DNA of 64,000 bases from a virus (lineage: Duplodnaviria; Caudoviricetes). The position numbers were made by a program, and so were the translations under genes. The stretch is from IMG/VR virus record IMGVR_UViG_3300028886_000036, positions 160,001 through 224,000 of that record; one strand, given 5' to 3'. This document shows, one piece after another, positions 49,349-57,657 of the stretch; positions within the stretch are counted from its first letter, which is position 1, and each line of letters begins with the position of its first letter. Below the pieces are notes generated by a model. It did not search any database and had not been told where the DNA came from. It saw only the letters and a program-made list of their open reading frames with translations.

Positions 49349-49489
49349 ATGGATCAGTTCATTAAGAAGCTTGAGAATGGTAATATTGAAAGAACTACTT
49401 TGAAATCATTTGTAGCTAAACTACAGAGACAAATCGAAGTTCAGAATGAAAACAAAGTAGTATTTGGTGATAACTTTAGGATGATGTAA
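49349..49489 (+). CDS. small hypothetical protein (46 aa)
   Basis: MDQFIKKLENG...; RBS GAGGT. Confidence 0.5.
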   Translation: MDQFIKKLENGNIERTTLKSFVAKLQRQIEVQNENKVVFGDNFRMM

Positions 49490-49494
49490 CTAAT

Positions 49495-49686
49495 ATGAAT
49501 ACAAATCTCTATCCTAGTAAAGATGAAGAACTTGCAGTACAAGTTAAATTTAAATTTTATGATGATTTAGTAAAGGATTCTGCTTGGATGCAGTTCGATG
49601 AATCTAATAATTGCTATGTATTTCATACTATGGCTTTTGGATGGATTAAGGAATCTGATGTGATTTCTTGGAAGATTCTACAGTAA
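49495..49686 (+). CDS. small hypothetical protein
   Basis: 63-aa ORF. Confidence 0.6.
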   Translation: MNTNLYPSKDEELAVQVKFKFYDDLVKDSAWMQFDESNNCYVFHTMAFGWIKESDVISWKILQ

Positions 49687-49688
49687 TT

Positions 49689-49806
49689 TAATCTGTAGTT
49701 CAAATAGCAGAACATCACTGAGTAGTTTTATCTATGTATACTCCATGGGTATAATTAGGATAAAATGAAAGCTGAAGATGTTAAGTGTAAGTCTTAACCG
49801 GATTAA
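49689..49806 (+). ncRNA. tRNA-like RNA with extended anticodon-position arm
   Basis: Acceptor TAATCTG/CGGATTA; D-arm GTTC-AAATAGCA-GAAC; T-arm GTTAAG-TGTAAGT-CTTAAC; ~60-nt hairpin in place of the anticodon arm. Confidence 0.5.
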
Positions 49807-49812
49807 TTAATA

Positions 49813-49887
49813 TTCGGGATCGTCCAATAGGCAGGACAAGGGACTTTGGATCCCTTAATGGGAGTTCGAGGCTCTCTCCCGAAGCCA
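49813..49887 (+). tRNA. tRNA-Gln(TTG)
   Basis: TTCGGGA/TCCCGAA acceptor, AGGGA-CTTTGGA-TCCCT, CCA end. Confidence 0.9.
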
Positions 49888-49897
49888 TTTTATAAAT

Positions 49898-49973
49898 TCC
49901 TGCGTAGCTCAGTCGGCGGAGCGAGTGACTGTTAATCACTAGGTCGTAGGTTCGAGCCCTACCGCAGGAGCCA
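49898..49973 (+). tRNA. tRNA-Asn(GTT)
   Basis: Canonical cloverleaf, CTGTTAA loop, TTCGA T-loop, CCA end. Confidence 0.95.
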
Positions 49974-50010
49974 GTATTTATCAAGGTCTATAACACCTTG
50001 TTAAAATTTA

Positions 50011-50408
50011 CATTTGCCTAAATCAGTGCTTAGGACTGAGAATCATATAAAGGCTGATCTCTATTAACAAGAGCAATTATCATTGTATAAAAGATTCTCA
50101 AAACCCTTGATGTGAAAGAGGAGAAAGGGTGTTAGTACATATATCATCCTCATATCGTTTTGAAAGTACTAAACTACTTATAAATCACACATAGTATATA
50201 CAAGTGTGAAGGTAATTCAGAATTGAGTTACTTTGAAAAGATGGCTTTAGTCTGTTAATTCTGTATATACTAACAGACCTAATCTTAGGGTCTTGGTAGA
50301 TTATAATAAGATGTCAGTATGTAATTGACAAAAGACGAGAGATCTGATATAATCCCTGGTGTAAGGTTTTCAGAATCTAGCTTTTTGAAGATCTACCATT
50401 TAGATATG
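50011..50408 (+). ncRNA. second large structured ncRNA candidate (~400 nt)
   Basis: ORF-free; at least seven successive helices plus possible loop-loop pairing and a closing stem. Confidence 0.55.
50325..50353 (+). promoter_or_regulatory. consensus extended sigma70 promoter
   Basis: TTGACA-N17-TATAAT with TG, upstream of the endonuclease gene. Confidence 0.65.
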
Positions 50409-50491
50409 GATACACTTAATAATAATGATAAAAAAATATCTAACAAATAGTGAGAAATAAAATTTATTATTTGTTAGGAGGTCCAAAGTAA

Positions 50492-51412
50492 ATGATTTCA
50501 CATAAAAAGGTTGGAACTATTGGTGAAGCTAAAACTTTAGCTAAATTATCCGAATATGGAATTGATTGCTATTTGCCTTTTAATGAAGATACTAAATCTG
50601 ATATTGTAGCAGATATTAATGGCACGTTAACAAGGATACAGATTAAAACATCTAATAGAATTGTTCATAACTCGTTAATTGTTAAAATACAGCAATCCGG
50701 AAATCATGAAGCATATTTAGCGAAAGATGTTGATTATTTTGTTATTTATAATATGATTGACGATGAACTTTATATGATTACTCGTGTCGATACAGAAAAA
50801 TATGCTGGTAAGTCGGTTAGTATTAAAATAAGATATGATAGAGCTATATATAGGGATACCTTACAAAGTAAGGATATTTTAATTGACGATGTGCTGACTA
50901 GAGATTTAAAGGTAGCTAAAATAATATCTGAAAACTGCTCAGACACCACCAAGATCTCAGAGGCAGATTCAGCTTTAAGAAAAAAATCTAAAAAGCCTTC
51001 TAAGGACGCAATGGTAGATTTATTAAAAGAGTATAAAATAAGTGAGATAGCAGACATTTTTAATGTAACAGGTCAAACTATAAGAAAATGGTGCGCTGAA
51101 TTAGGCATTGAAATTTCTGAGTATACGCGTGAATGTTTGGTTGAAAAAACTTGTGCGTTATGCGGTAAAAAATTTATGACTAAAGATAAGTCTAGAAAAT
51201 TTTGTTCTAAAGAATGTTTAGACAATAGAGGATTAGTTAAAGTTGATTTAAATGATGTAATTAAAATGCATAAAGCTGGTAGTTCTATGAGAGAAATTGG
51301 AAGAAAATACGGGGTCCATCATAAAATGATTTCTAAGTTTTTGAAAAAATTTGATGAAAACCCAAGTTATATAAAATTTGCTACAGAAATTGAAGACGTT
51401 AAACAAGAGTAG
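50492..51412 (+). CDS. free-standing PD-(D/E)XK homing-type endonuclease with HTH and Zn-finger modules
   Basis: GTIGE...DIV...RIQIK; two HTHs (IADIFNVTGQTIRKW, IGRKYGVHHKMISK); CALC...CSKEC; embedded in the tRNA cluster. Confidence 0.8.
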   Translation: MISHKKVGTIGEAKTLAKLSEYGIDCYLPFNEDTKSDIVADINGTLTRIQIKTSNRIVHNSLIVKIQQSGNHEAYLAKDVDYFVIYNMIDDELYMITRVDTEKYAGKSVSIKIRYDRAIYRDTLQSKDILIDDVLTRDLKVAKIISENCSDTTKISEADSALRKKSKKPSKDAMVDLLKEYKISEIADIFNVTGQTIRKWCAELGIEISEYTRECLVEKTCALCGKKFMTKDKSRKFCSKECLDNRGLVKVDLNDVIKMHKAGSSMREIGRKYGVHHKMISKFLKKFDENPSYIKFATEIEDVKQE

Positions 51413-51421
51413 GTAACTTTA

Positions 51422-51496
51422 GCACTGATCGTTCATGTAGTAGGACTGGATCCTTGTAAGATCCAAAAAAGTGTGCAAGTCACTTTCAGTGCTCCA
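51422..51496 (+). tRNA. tRNA-Thr(TGT), atypical T-loop
   Basis: GCACTGA/TCAGTGC, GGATC-CTTGTAA-GATCC, T-loop TGCAAGT, CCA end. Confidence 0.8.
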
Positions 51497-51518
51497 TAAA
51501 ATATAAAATTAGTTAAAT

Positions 51519-51603
51519 GCCCAGGTGATGGAATGGAAGACATTGAGGACTTAAAATCCTCTGGCATCGCGCCGTGGGGGTTCGAATCCCCCTCTGGGCA
51601 CCA
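51519..51603 (+). tRNA. tRNA-Leu(TAA)
   Basis: GAGGA-CTTAAAA-TCCTC, variable arm, TTCGAAT, CCA end. Confidence 0.93.
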
Positions 51604-51607
51604 CTAC

Positions 51608-51683
51608 GGACTCGTAGCTCAATTGGTAGAGTCGGCGACTTATAATCGCCAGGTTCTGGGATCGTACCCCAGCGGGTCCTCCA
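51608..51683 (+). tRNA. tRNA-Ile(TAT)
   Basis: GGCGA-CTTATAA-TCGCC; acceptor GGACTCG/CGGGTCC; T73; CCA end. Confidence 0.85.
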
Positions 51684-51739
51684 AATTTGATTTCAAAACT
51701 AATAAGTTTTAATATAAATGCAGGTGGTGATCACCTTCA

Positions 51740-52378
51740 ATGAGTATATTGTTTAATAATGTTTATCAAGGTCCACCTGGACCACCAGAATTTGAATATC
51801 CTATTTTATATGATGGGTATTTTATTCCTTATTCAGCTGATTATAATTTACGTAACGCTTTATCTCAACAATTAGGTAAGAATATTTCTTATGGAGTTAT
51901 TGGATATATTGATTCGGCATATGCTTTATCTAAATATAATGTTACTGTTAATGATACTGGGTCTATGGATCCTATGAAATTTGGATTTACGAAGCCTGAT
52001 GGTACTAAAGGAATTAATACTATTAAGCAATTTATGTTTAGTGCGGTAGATATGTACGGAGAAATTTATTTAAGCACTAATGGATTTTTAACAGAATATA
52101 GTGAATATAATGATGATGAGAATAGTTCGCCTAAAATAATGGTTGAATTTCAGTTGACTTATGAAAACTACGATAGTAATGGAGATAGAACTCTATTTAT
52201 TAGAACTAATACGCAGTTCGCTGAATTCTTGGATCTTAGAAATTGTGTATCAACTACAAGCGGTGGTGCTACTTATCATACATTTAACAGTAGTAGAGAA
52301 TATAATTCGATATATCTAACTGGATTTTTATCTGTTTCTGCTCCTTTTAGACTTACAGCTAGAGTACTGTCAAGTTAA
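51740..52378 (+). CDS. hypothetical beta-rich protein
   Basis: 212-aa Tyr/Ser/Asn-rich ORF, RBS GGTGG. Confidence 0.7.
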   Translation: MSILFNNVYQGPPGPPEFEYPILYDGYFIPYSADYNLRNALSQQLGKNISYGVIGYIDSAYALSKYNVTVNDTGSMDPMKFGFTKPDGTKGINTIKQFMFSAVDMYGEIYLSTNGFLTEYSEYNDDENSSPKIMVEFQLTYENYDSNGDRTLFIRTNTQFAEFLDLRNCVSTTSGGATYHTFNSSREYNSIYLTGFLSVSAPFRLTARVLSS

Positions 52379-52480
52379 CTATTTATAAAAGAAGTGATTA
52401 TAAATATTTATGCGAATGGTCAGTTACACGTAATCCTTATCCAATAGATATCACTTAAAGAAAGGATTGTGACATGTCTA

Positions 52481-52501
52481 ATGACTGAATGGTACTTTAC
52501 A
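52481..52501 (+). repeat. 21-bp direct repeat, copy 1 (copy 2 at 53728-53748)
   Basis: ATGACTGAATGGTACTTTACA is identical at both sites. Confidence 0.85.
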
Positions 52502-52652
52502 AATGGAACTTCTTCTAATAATACAATAAAAGTTGAATATGTAGCCTTTATTCCAAATACTGGGAATATGTAGAACGTTAGCAAATAAAAACCAGTAGAA
52601 GATAAGCTGTATGTTTGATTTATAGTTTATTGTAAAGGAGTGAATACTATGC

Positions 52653-53525
52653 ATGTTTAGTAAAAAACTTTTGATACAAAATAAAGATAGCCCATATTTA
52701 ATATATAGACTTACATATGCGGAGTGTCAGGCGTACCATAGTTCTTTAACACTTGGGTATGTTATTAAGAATCGTGATGAAAAGTTTAAGGTAGTTGCGA
52801 TTGCAAATAATCTATATATCAATAATAATGGATATATTTATGGAAATAGTGACGATCCACTTTATACTTATTCACGTTTTACAGATAGTCAATGGTATGA
52901 ATTACGTGTTTACTGTGATGATAGTATAATGAATCTGGGAAGTTTTTTTCTTAGAGACTTCTATGTTTTTACTAGATATGAGCCTTCAACATATTTATAT
53001 TTTTATGGGGATGGACGAGATTTAGTTTATGACGCTTCAGGTGGATATTATTCGGTTTTTCGGTCTGATAGACAACAACAATATTCTGGGGATTATACTT
53101 CGATGTCTATAAACACGATATCAGCTATACAAGATTCTTTTAATTTATATGCTGCACAAGTTAGGGATAATCCACAGTCAGATCCCGTAGAATTTGATCA
53201 AATGAGAACTGTTGAAGTTGAATTTGATTATAATTCTAGCTATGAATTAAATGTTGAAGGATTATTAGTAACTATTAATAGTGATACACTAAATATTAGT
53301 TTACAATATTCTTCTCAAAATCTGAGTTTACAATTCTATAGAATATCATTAAATCAATCTGAAATAGCACAAATTCCAGTATATGCTAATTCAGATAGTC
53401 GAGTATATACCATTCCAAGTAATGCCCCAGATTTAATAAATGGAATTAATAGTCTTACTGTTGTAGCTAGATTAAGTGATAATTCTGAGTCTATATCAGA
53501 AAACACATTCGTTTATAATGCATAG
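52653..53525 (+). CDS. hypothetical Tyr-rich protein, possible C-terminal Ig-like domain
   Basis: 290-aa ORF, RBS AAGGAG. Confidence 0.75.
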   Translation: MFSKKLLIQNKDSPYLIYRLTYAECQAYHSSLTLGYVIKNRDEKFKVVAIANNLYINNNGYIYGNSDDPLYTYSRFTDSQWYELRVYCDDSIMNLGSFFLRDFYVFTRYEPSTYLYFYGDGRDLVYDASGGYYSVFRSDRQQQYSGDYTSMSINTISAIQDSFNLYAAQVRDNPQSDPVEFDQMRTVEVEFDYNSSYELNVEGLLVTINSDTLNISLQYSSQNLSLQFYRISLNQSEIAQIPVYANSDSRVYTIPSNAPDLINGINSLTVVARLSDNSESISENTFVYNA

Positions 53526-53541
53526 AAAGGATGATTCTTAT

Positions 53542-53709
53542 ATGGTTAAATATTTTTTTGAGTCAAATGGAAATAAGACCGAGGTTTCTGAAGTGATTTT
53601 TAATTCAGTTAAAAATCATTATGATAACAGTAGAATGTCTGCTACTGGAGATAGTTTTGGTAATGAAGAAATCACTCTTTCTGTAGAAGAAAGCGACATG
53701 CCTTTTTGA
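53542..53709 (+). CDS. small hypothetical protein
   Basis: MVKYFFESNG..., RBS AAAGGA. Confidence 0.55.
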   Translation: MVKYFFESNGNKTEVSEVIFNSVKNHYDNSRMSATGDSFGNEEITLSVEESDMPF

Positions 53710-53727
53710 AAGGACTTGAAATAACAT

Positions 53728-53895
53728 ATGACTGAATGGTACTTTACAGAAGACAGTAATGGCGTCAGAACAATGGTTAAGAAGAAGGATTATAAGGAGC
53801 TTCAGTATAAGAGATTTAAGAATAATGAAGATCCTTATCCTCAGGATGTAGATACTACTAAACATAATTTGGTAGTGCATACACTTCATATTTAA
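53728..53895 (+). CDS. small hypothetical protein (55 aa)
   Basis: MTEWYFTEDSNGVRTMV...; begins with the repeat copy. Confidence 0.5.
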   Translation: MTEWYFTEDSNGVRTMVKKKDYKELQYKRFKNNEDPYPQDVDTTKHNLVVHTLHI

Positions 53896-53907
53896 AGAGG
53901 TGTCAAT

Positions 53908-54054
53908 ATGCTAGGTTATGCATTTACTTGGCTTACACAAGCTAAAGATAGTGTAGCTAATTTCTTCCTTGGTGTTCCAGTAACTATCTTTGTCACACTT
54001 GGTATTATTTTCTTTATAGCGATGTTCTTCTTTGCATTTAAGAAGAAGGATTAG
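53908..54054 (+). CDS. small TM protein (48 aa)
   Basis: MLGYAFTW...IFVTLGIIFFIAMFFFAFKKKD; RBS GAGGT. Confidence 0.6.
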   Translation: MLGYAFTWLTQAKDSVANFFLGVPVTIFVTLGIIFFIAMFFFAFKKKD

Positions 54055-54089
54055 ATAAAATTAAAAATAGAGAAAGGATTTGATCTATA

Positions 54090-54689
54090 ATGTTGGGTAG
54101 TTATAACATTAACGTTGCTCCTAGTAAGCTTCCTCAGAAGGTTGCTACTGCTTTTGGTGAGATTTTTAGTAATATGGTTGGTGCGGAGTACACACCAATT
54201 GCGTATCTTGGTGATAAGGTTGTTTCAGGTGTGAACCATGCTATCCTTGCAACTCAGACCATGATTACTGGTACCGATGTTCATAATGTGGTTCTTGTGG
54301 TTCTGAATGAGAAGGATGATAAGTTTAGTTTGGTTGAGATCACCACACTGCTTTCAGATTCTGGTCGTATGGGCGGTCTCCAGGTTGCTCCTACTATTAA
54401 TATCCCTGAAGAGGCTATGACGGTTTTTAATAACACTCTTGCTGGTTTTGTTGGTAGTAAGGTTACTCCTTTTGCTCTGCTTGCTACTCAGGTTGTTAAT
54501 GGCTTTAAGTATGTGTTTGCTTGTGAGAGCACTGCTGTTCTTTCACCTGAAGCTATGCGTACCAGCAACTACAATCAGGTTGTACTTGTGAGTGTTTACT
54601 CTAACTACGACAAGATTGAGTTTAATACTGTTATTGAGGGCGTTCCTGCTCAGGGTGCTCTTGGCGCTCCTCTTGGCGAATGGCCTTAA
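54090..54689 (+). CDS. tandem two-domain protein, possible cystatin-like fold
   Basis: Internal duplication YTPIAYLGDKVVSG / VTPFALLATQVVNG. Confidence 0.75.
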   Translation: MLGSYNINVAPSKLPQKVATAFGEIFSNMVGAEYTPIAYLGDKVVSGVNHAILATQTMITGTDVHNVVLVVLNEKDDKFSLVEITTLLSDSGRMGGLQVAPTINIPEEAMTVFNNTLAGFVGSKVTPFALLATQVVNGFKYVFACESTAVLSPEAMRTSNYNQVVLVSVYSNYDKIEFNTVIEGVPAQGALGAPLGEWP

Positions 54690-54824
54690 TAAATAATATT
54701 TCTTTCATAATAAACCTCTAGAGGGGTGAAACTCCCCTCAACCCTTTTCTTTTGACCAGTTTTTCTAGATTAAAAAGCTGAGACCCTTGTTATAGGAGAC
54801 CCATACTTATGGAGGTAGCTAAAA

Positions 54825-55787
54825 ATGAAAATTATATCTAGTAGTACATATGATGAGATGATGCATAATCATCTAGAATTAACCGAGGATCTTTATTTTG
54901 AGATACCTTCTGGAGAAAAATTAAGAAAGTTCTGTAAGAAGATACGTTATGGATTACATCCTGAAATATTTAATTATTATCGGGAACATGATCTTGATCT
55001 TTTTACAGTATATAAGGATTATCTAGTAATCCATAACGATAGTCTTTGGAAGGAACTTAAAAAGAAAGATGAGGATTCTAAAATGATTAAAACTAACTAT
55101 ACATTAGATGAGCTTGGGAGTAAGTTTAAATATTCAATCTTGATTACAGCCCCAATAAATGATTCAATTACCTATGACCTTATTGATATTGTTAAGAGTA
55201 AATTTCGCATTGATAAAGATTTCAATATCGGTATATTCAAAGTTATTAATGCTATATATAGTGACGATATGGAGGAAAATTTGGGTTACTATCTTTCAGA
55301 CAATAACAATATGGGATTTCCTCTTTGTAACGGTGGATATGAGTTTATTTTAGATAATGGTAAATTAACGGTAGAAAGCGATCAGGTTTCATCAAATAAG
55401 CCTTGTATTAAAAAATTTACCTGTAGTTTTGAGTTATCAGAAAAAAAGAATCAAAAGAAGCAAGCCACTGAAAATGTTAATTCTGGAAGTCTTGAATCTA
55501 GTGGACCTTGGCATGAACCTGAAAAGGTCAAAGCTATTAGAGAAACTATTGAAGCCGTAATGAAAAACACAGGCAAGACAGATCTTAAAGATATTGATCT
55601 TGACATGCTCAGTAGTTGTATTAATGCAACCTTTAATAGAGAAAAGATGTTCTATAAATGGTTGAATGAGTTTACCAATGAAGAAGTTGATGATAAGACA
55701 ATTAAGTTTGCATTCAAATTCTTAGACTGGGTTCTTTTGAATAAACTTGATTCAGAGAAAACTAACGGTATTTGTTTTAAAGAGTAA
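54825..55787 (+). CDS. hypothetical protein
   Basis: 320-aa ORF, RBS GGAGG. Confidence 0.75.
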   Translation: MKIISSSTYDEMMHNHLELTEDLYFEIPSGEKLRKFCKKIRYGLHPEIFNYYREHDLDLFTVYKDYLVIHNDSLWKELKKKDEDSKMIKTNYTLDELGSKFKYSILITAPINDSITYDLIDIVKSKFRIDKDFNIGIFKVINAIYSDDMEENLGYYLSDNNNMGFPLCNGGYEFILDNGKLTVESDQVSSNKPCIKKFTCSFELSEKKNQKKQATENVNSGSLESSGPWHEPEKVKAIRETIEAVMKNTGKTDLKDIDLDMLSSCINATFNREKMFYKWLNEFTNEEVDDKTIKFAFKFLDWVLLNKLDSEKTNGICFKE

Positions 55788-55797
55788 TATTAACATT

Positions 55798-55875
55798 CGG
55801 GTATTAGCGCAGTCTGGTTAGCGTATCTGCTTTGGGAGCAGAGGGTCGAAGGTTCAAATCCTTCATACCCGACCA
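55798..55875 (+). tRNA. tRNA-Pro(TGG)
   Basis: CGGGTAT/ATACCCG, TTTGGGA loop, TTCAAAT, CCA end. Confidence 0.93.
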
Positions 55876-55983
55876 TTAAGACTTACAACATTTATATGTT
55901 TGTAAATAAAGTTTGCCAACACATTTGCCGCGATGTGTTGATGAAGAACGTTATCAGTCATGGATAACACCCTCCTTTGGAAG

Positions 55984-56011
55984 AAGCCTAGCTTAACCGC
56001 TAGGCTTTTTT
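55984..56011 (+). terminator. intrinsic terminator
   Basis: AAGCCTAGC-TTAACC-GCTAGGCTT followed by a T-run. Confidence 0.8.
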
Positions 56012-56012
56012 A

Positions 56013-56041
56013 TTGACAATTAAACAAAGCAATGTTATAAT
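56013..56041 (+). promoter_or_regulatory. consensus extended sigma70 promoter
   Basis: TTGACA-N17-TATAAT with TG. Confidence 0.7.
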
Positions 56042-56075
56042 TAGTTTAATCTTAAGCATAAAGGAAGTGTATATA

Positions 56076-56465
56076 ATGTCAGAATGGTTTGGTCATGAGC
56101 CATATATTCCAAATCCTAGTGGAATATATAAAAAAGATATTAATTATGTGGCTACTGAAGAAGAAGTTAATCAAGCAAAAGAAAAAACTATGATTGATGA
56201 TGATTGCGGGTATGATGGAGGTAAATGGATTAATACTTCAGTTAGTAGCGAAGTACCAATTGAAGTAAAAGTTTTATGTAATGAAACTTGTAGAAAACAA
56301 ATGGATTATTATGAGGATACTATAGTTAAACTCAATGATATGAATAGGCATCTTAAAGATAAAGTTACATTGTATACTATATTAACTTATTTCTTTGCAT
56401 TAACTACTGGGTTGCCTCTTTTATATATGATGGTAGAATATCTTACCTTAAAAGGAATAATGTAA
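56076..56465 (+). CDS. hypothetical protein with C-terminal TM
   Basis: Start MSEWFG after AAGGA; the track's TTG start overlaps the -35 box. Confidence 0.65.
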   Translation: MSEWFGHEPYIPNPSGIYKKDINYVATEEEVNQAKEKTMIDDDCGYDGGKWINTSVSSEVPIEVKVLCNETCRKQMDYYEDTIVKLNDMNRHLKDKVTLYTILTYFFALTTGLPLLYMMVEYLTLKGIM

Positions 56466-56470
56466 GATGA

Positions 56471-56503
56471 AAAAGAAAGGTAGATAACCTCTACCTTTCT
56501 TTT
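56471..56503. terminator. bidirectional terminator between convergent genes
   Basis: AAAAGAAAGGTAG...CTACCTTTCTTTT. Confidence 0.75.
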
Positions 56504-56507
56504 ATTT

Positions 56508-57146
56508 CTATGAACTAAACATTTTCTTCTTAATCGGACTTAACATAAAGAATGCAGATACTTTGTACTGTTTATTAGCATTTTCAATTACAACTTCTTC
56601 CTGAAGATAGCTACTAATACTTGGAGTCCTTTTATTAAAGAAACTAATCTCATAAGTACTATCTTTATAGTATGCTATTCTAATATCTATACCACAAATA
56701 GTATCTTTAACAGCATATCTATCACCATAATAGTTAAGACGTATAAATGTTATCTTATCATTGAACTTTATTTTAGCGTAGATACATTTATTAAGCATAT
56801 CTAACGCTTTTTCAAACGAAACGTTAAAGTAATTACAAAATTCATTCATAGTTTTTTCTATTGATTTAGCCCATGCCATAGACAGTTTTCTCTCACGGAT
56901 AACGTCTTTCCTATGTAGTTCTTCCATATAGGCTAAACGTTCTTTTTGAAGTGATAGGTAAAATTTTTTAGTTGTATAACATTTCTCTCTTCCACAATAT
57001 ACGTTCTTTGCGCTAATTGTTCCATTAAGTTTTATTTCATTAATGGCAATAATCTCATTTTGAGATATGTCGTCCTGATATTCTTCTCTCCATAAGAATG
57101 TACTTAAGTCTAAACTTTCCTCACACGCCATATTTATAGATACCAC
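56508..57146 (-). CDS. hypothetical protein
   Basis: 212-aa ORF. Confidence 0.7.
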   Translation of the reverse strand: MVSINMACEESLDLSTFLWREEYQDDISQNEIIAINEIKLNGTISAKNVYCGREKCYTTKKFYLSLQKERLAYMEELHRKDVIRERKLSMAWAKSIEKTMNEFCNYFNVSFEKALDMLNKCIYAKIKFNDKITFIRLNYYGDRYAVKDTICGIDIRIAYYKDSTYEISFFNKRTPSISSYLQEEVVIENANKQYKVSAFFMLSPIKKKMFSS

Positions 57147-57274
57147 CTTTCTTTTAAATTTTTATAAAAAGAAACCCTAGCCAGTGACGTGGATAACTAG
57201 GGTTTCCTTTATATTGGGTGAAAGTTATGCAGTTTGATTAACTACGGACTATCTCTAGCCATAACAGGTACCTC

Positions 57275-57601
57275 CTACTTTCTCTGAAATATTGGACCAG
57301 TATATACTGGGTATAACAGCCATTCAATTAACGGGACACTCTTGGCATATTTAGCAAACACAAAAGTTTTATGTGTGCCAGAATCAATTTCAATATGCCA
57401 TAGAGTTTGACATTGGTCATAGATAGGTGTTTTTTTAATTTCTTCATGCAAGAATTTCCGTGGGTTTTCAGTATTAAGAAATTTCTCATACTCTTCTTCC
57501 GATACTTCATTCCCAACAGAATCTAAAAATTTTGATTCAATAACATATTTACTTGCATGAGCTTTATTACTAATCCGGTATAGTCCTTTTTCTACTACCA
57601 T
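57275..57601 (-). CDS. hypothetical protein
   Basis: 108-aa ORF, RBS AGGAG. Confidence 0.7.
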   Translation of the reverse strand: MVVEKGLYRISNKAHASKYVIESKFLDSVGNEVSEEEYEKFLNTENPRKFLHEEIKKTPIYDQCQTLWHIEIDSGTHKTFVFAKYAKSVPLIEWLLYPVYTGPIFQRK

Positions 57602-57657
57602 ATTTTCTCCTAAAGTAATTCCGGGCTAGATTTATATCCAGCCCGGAATGATTAAAT

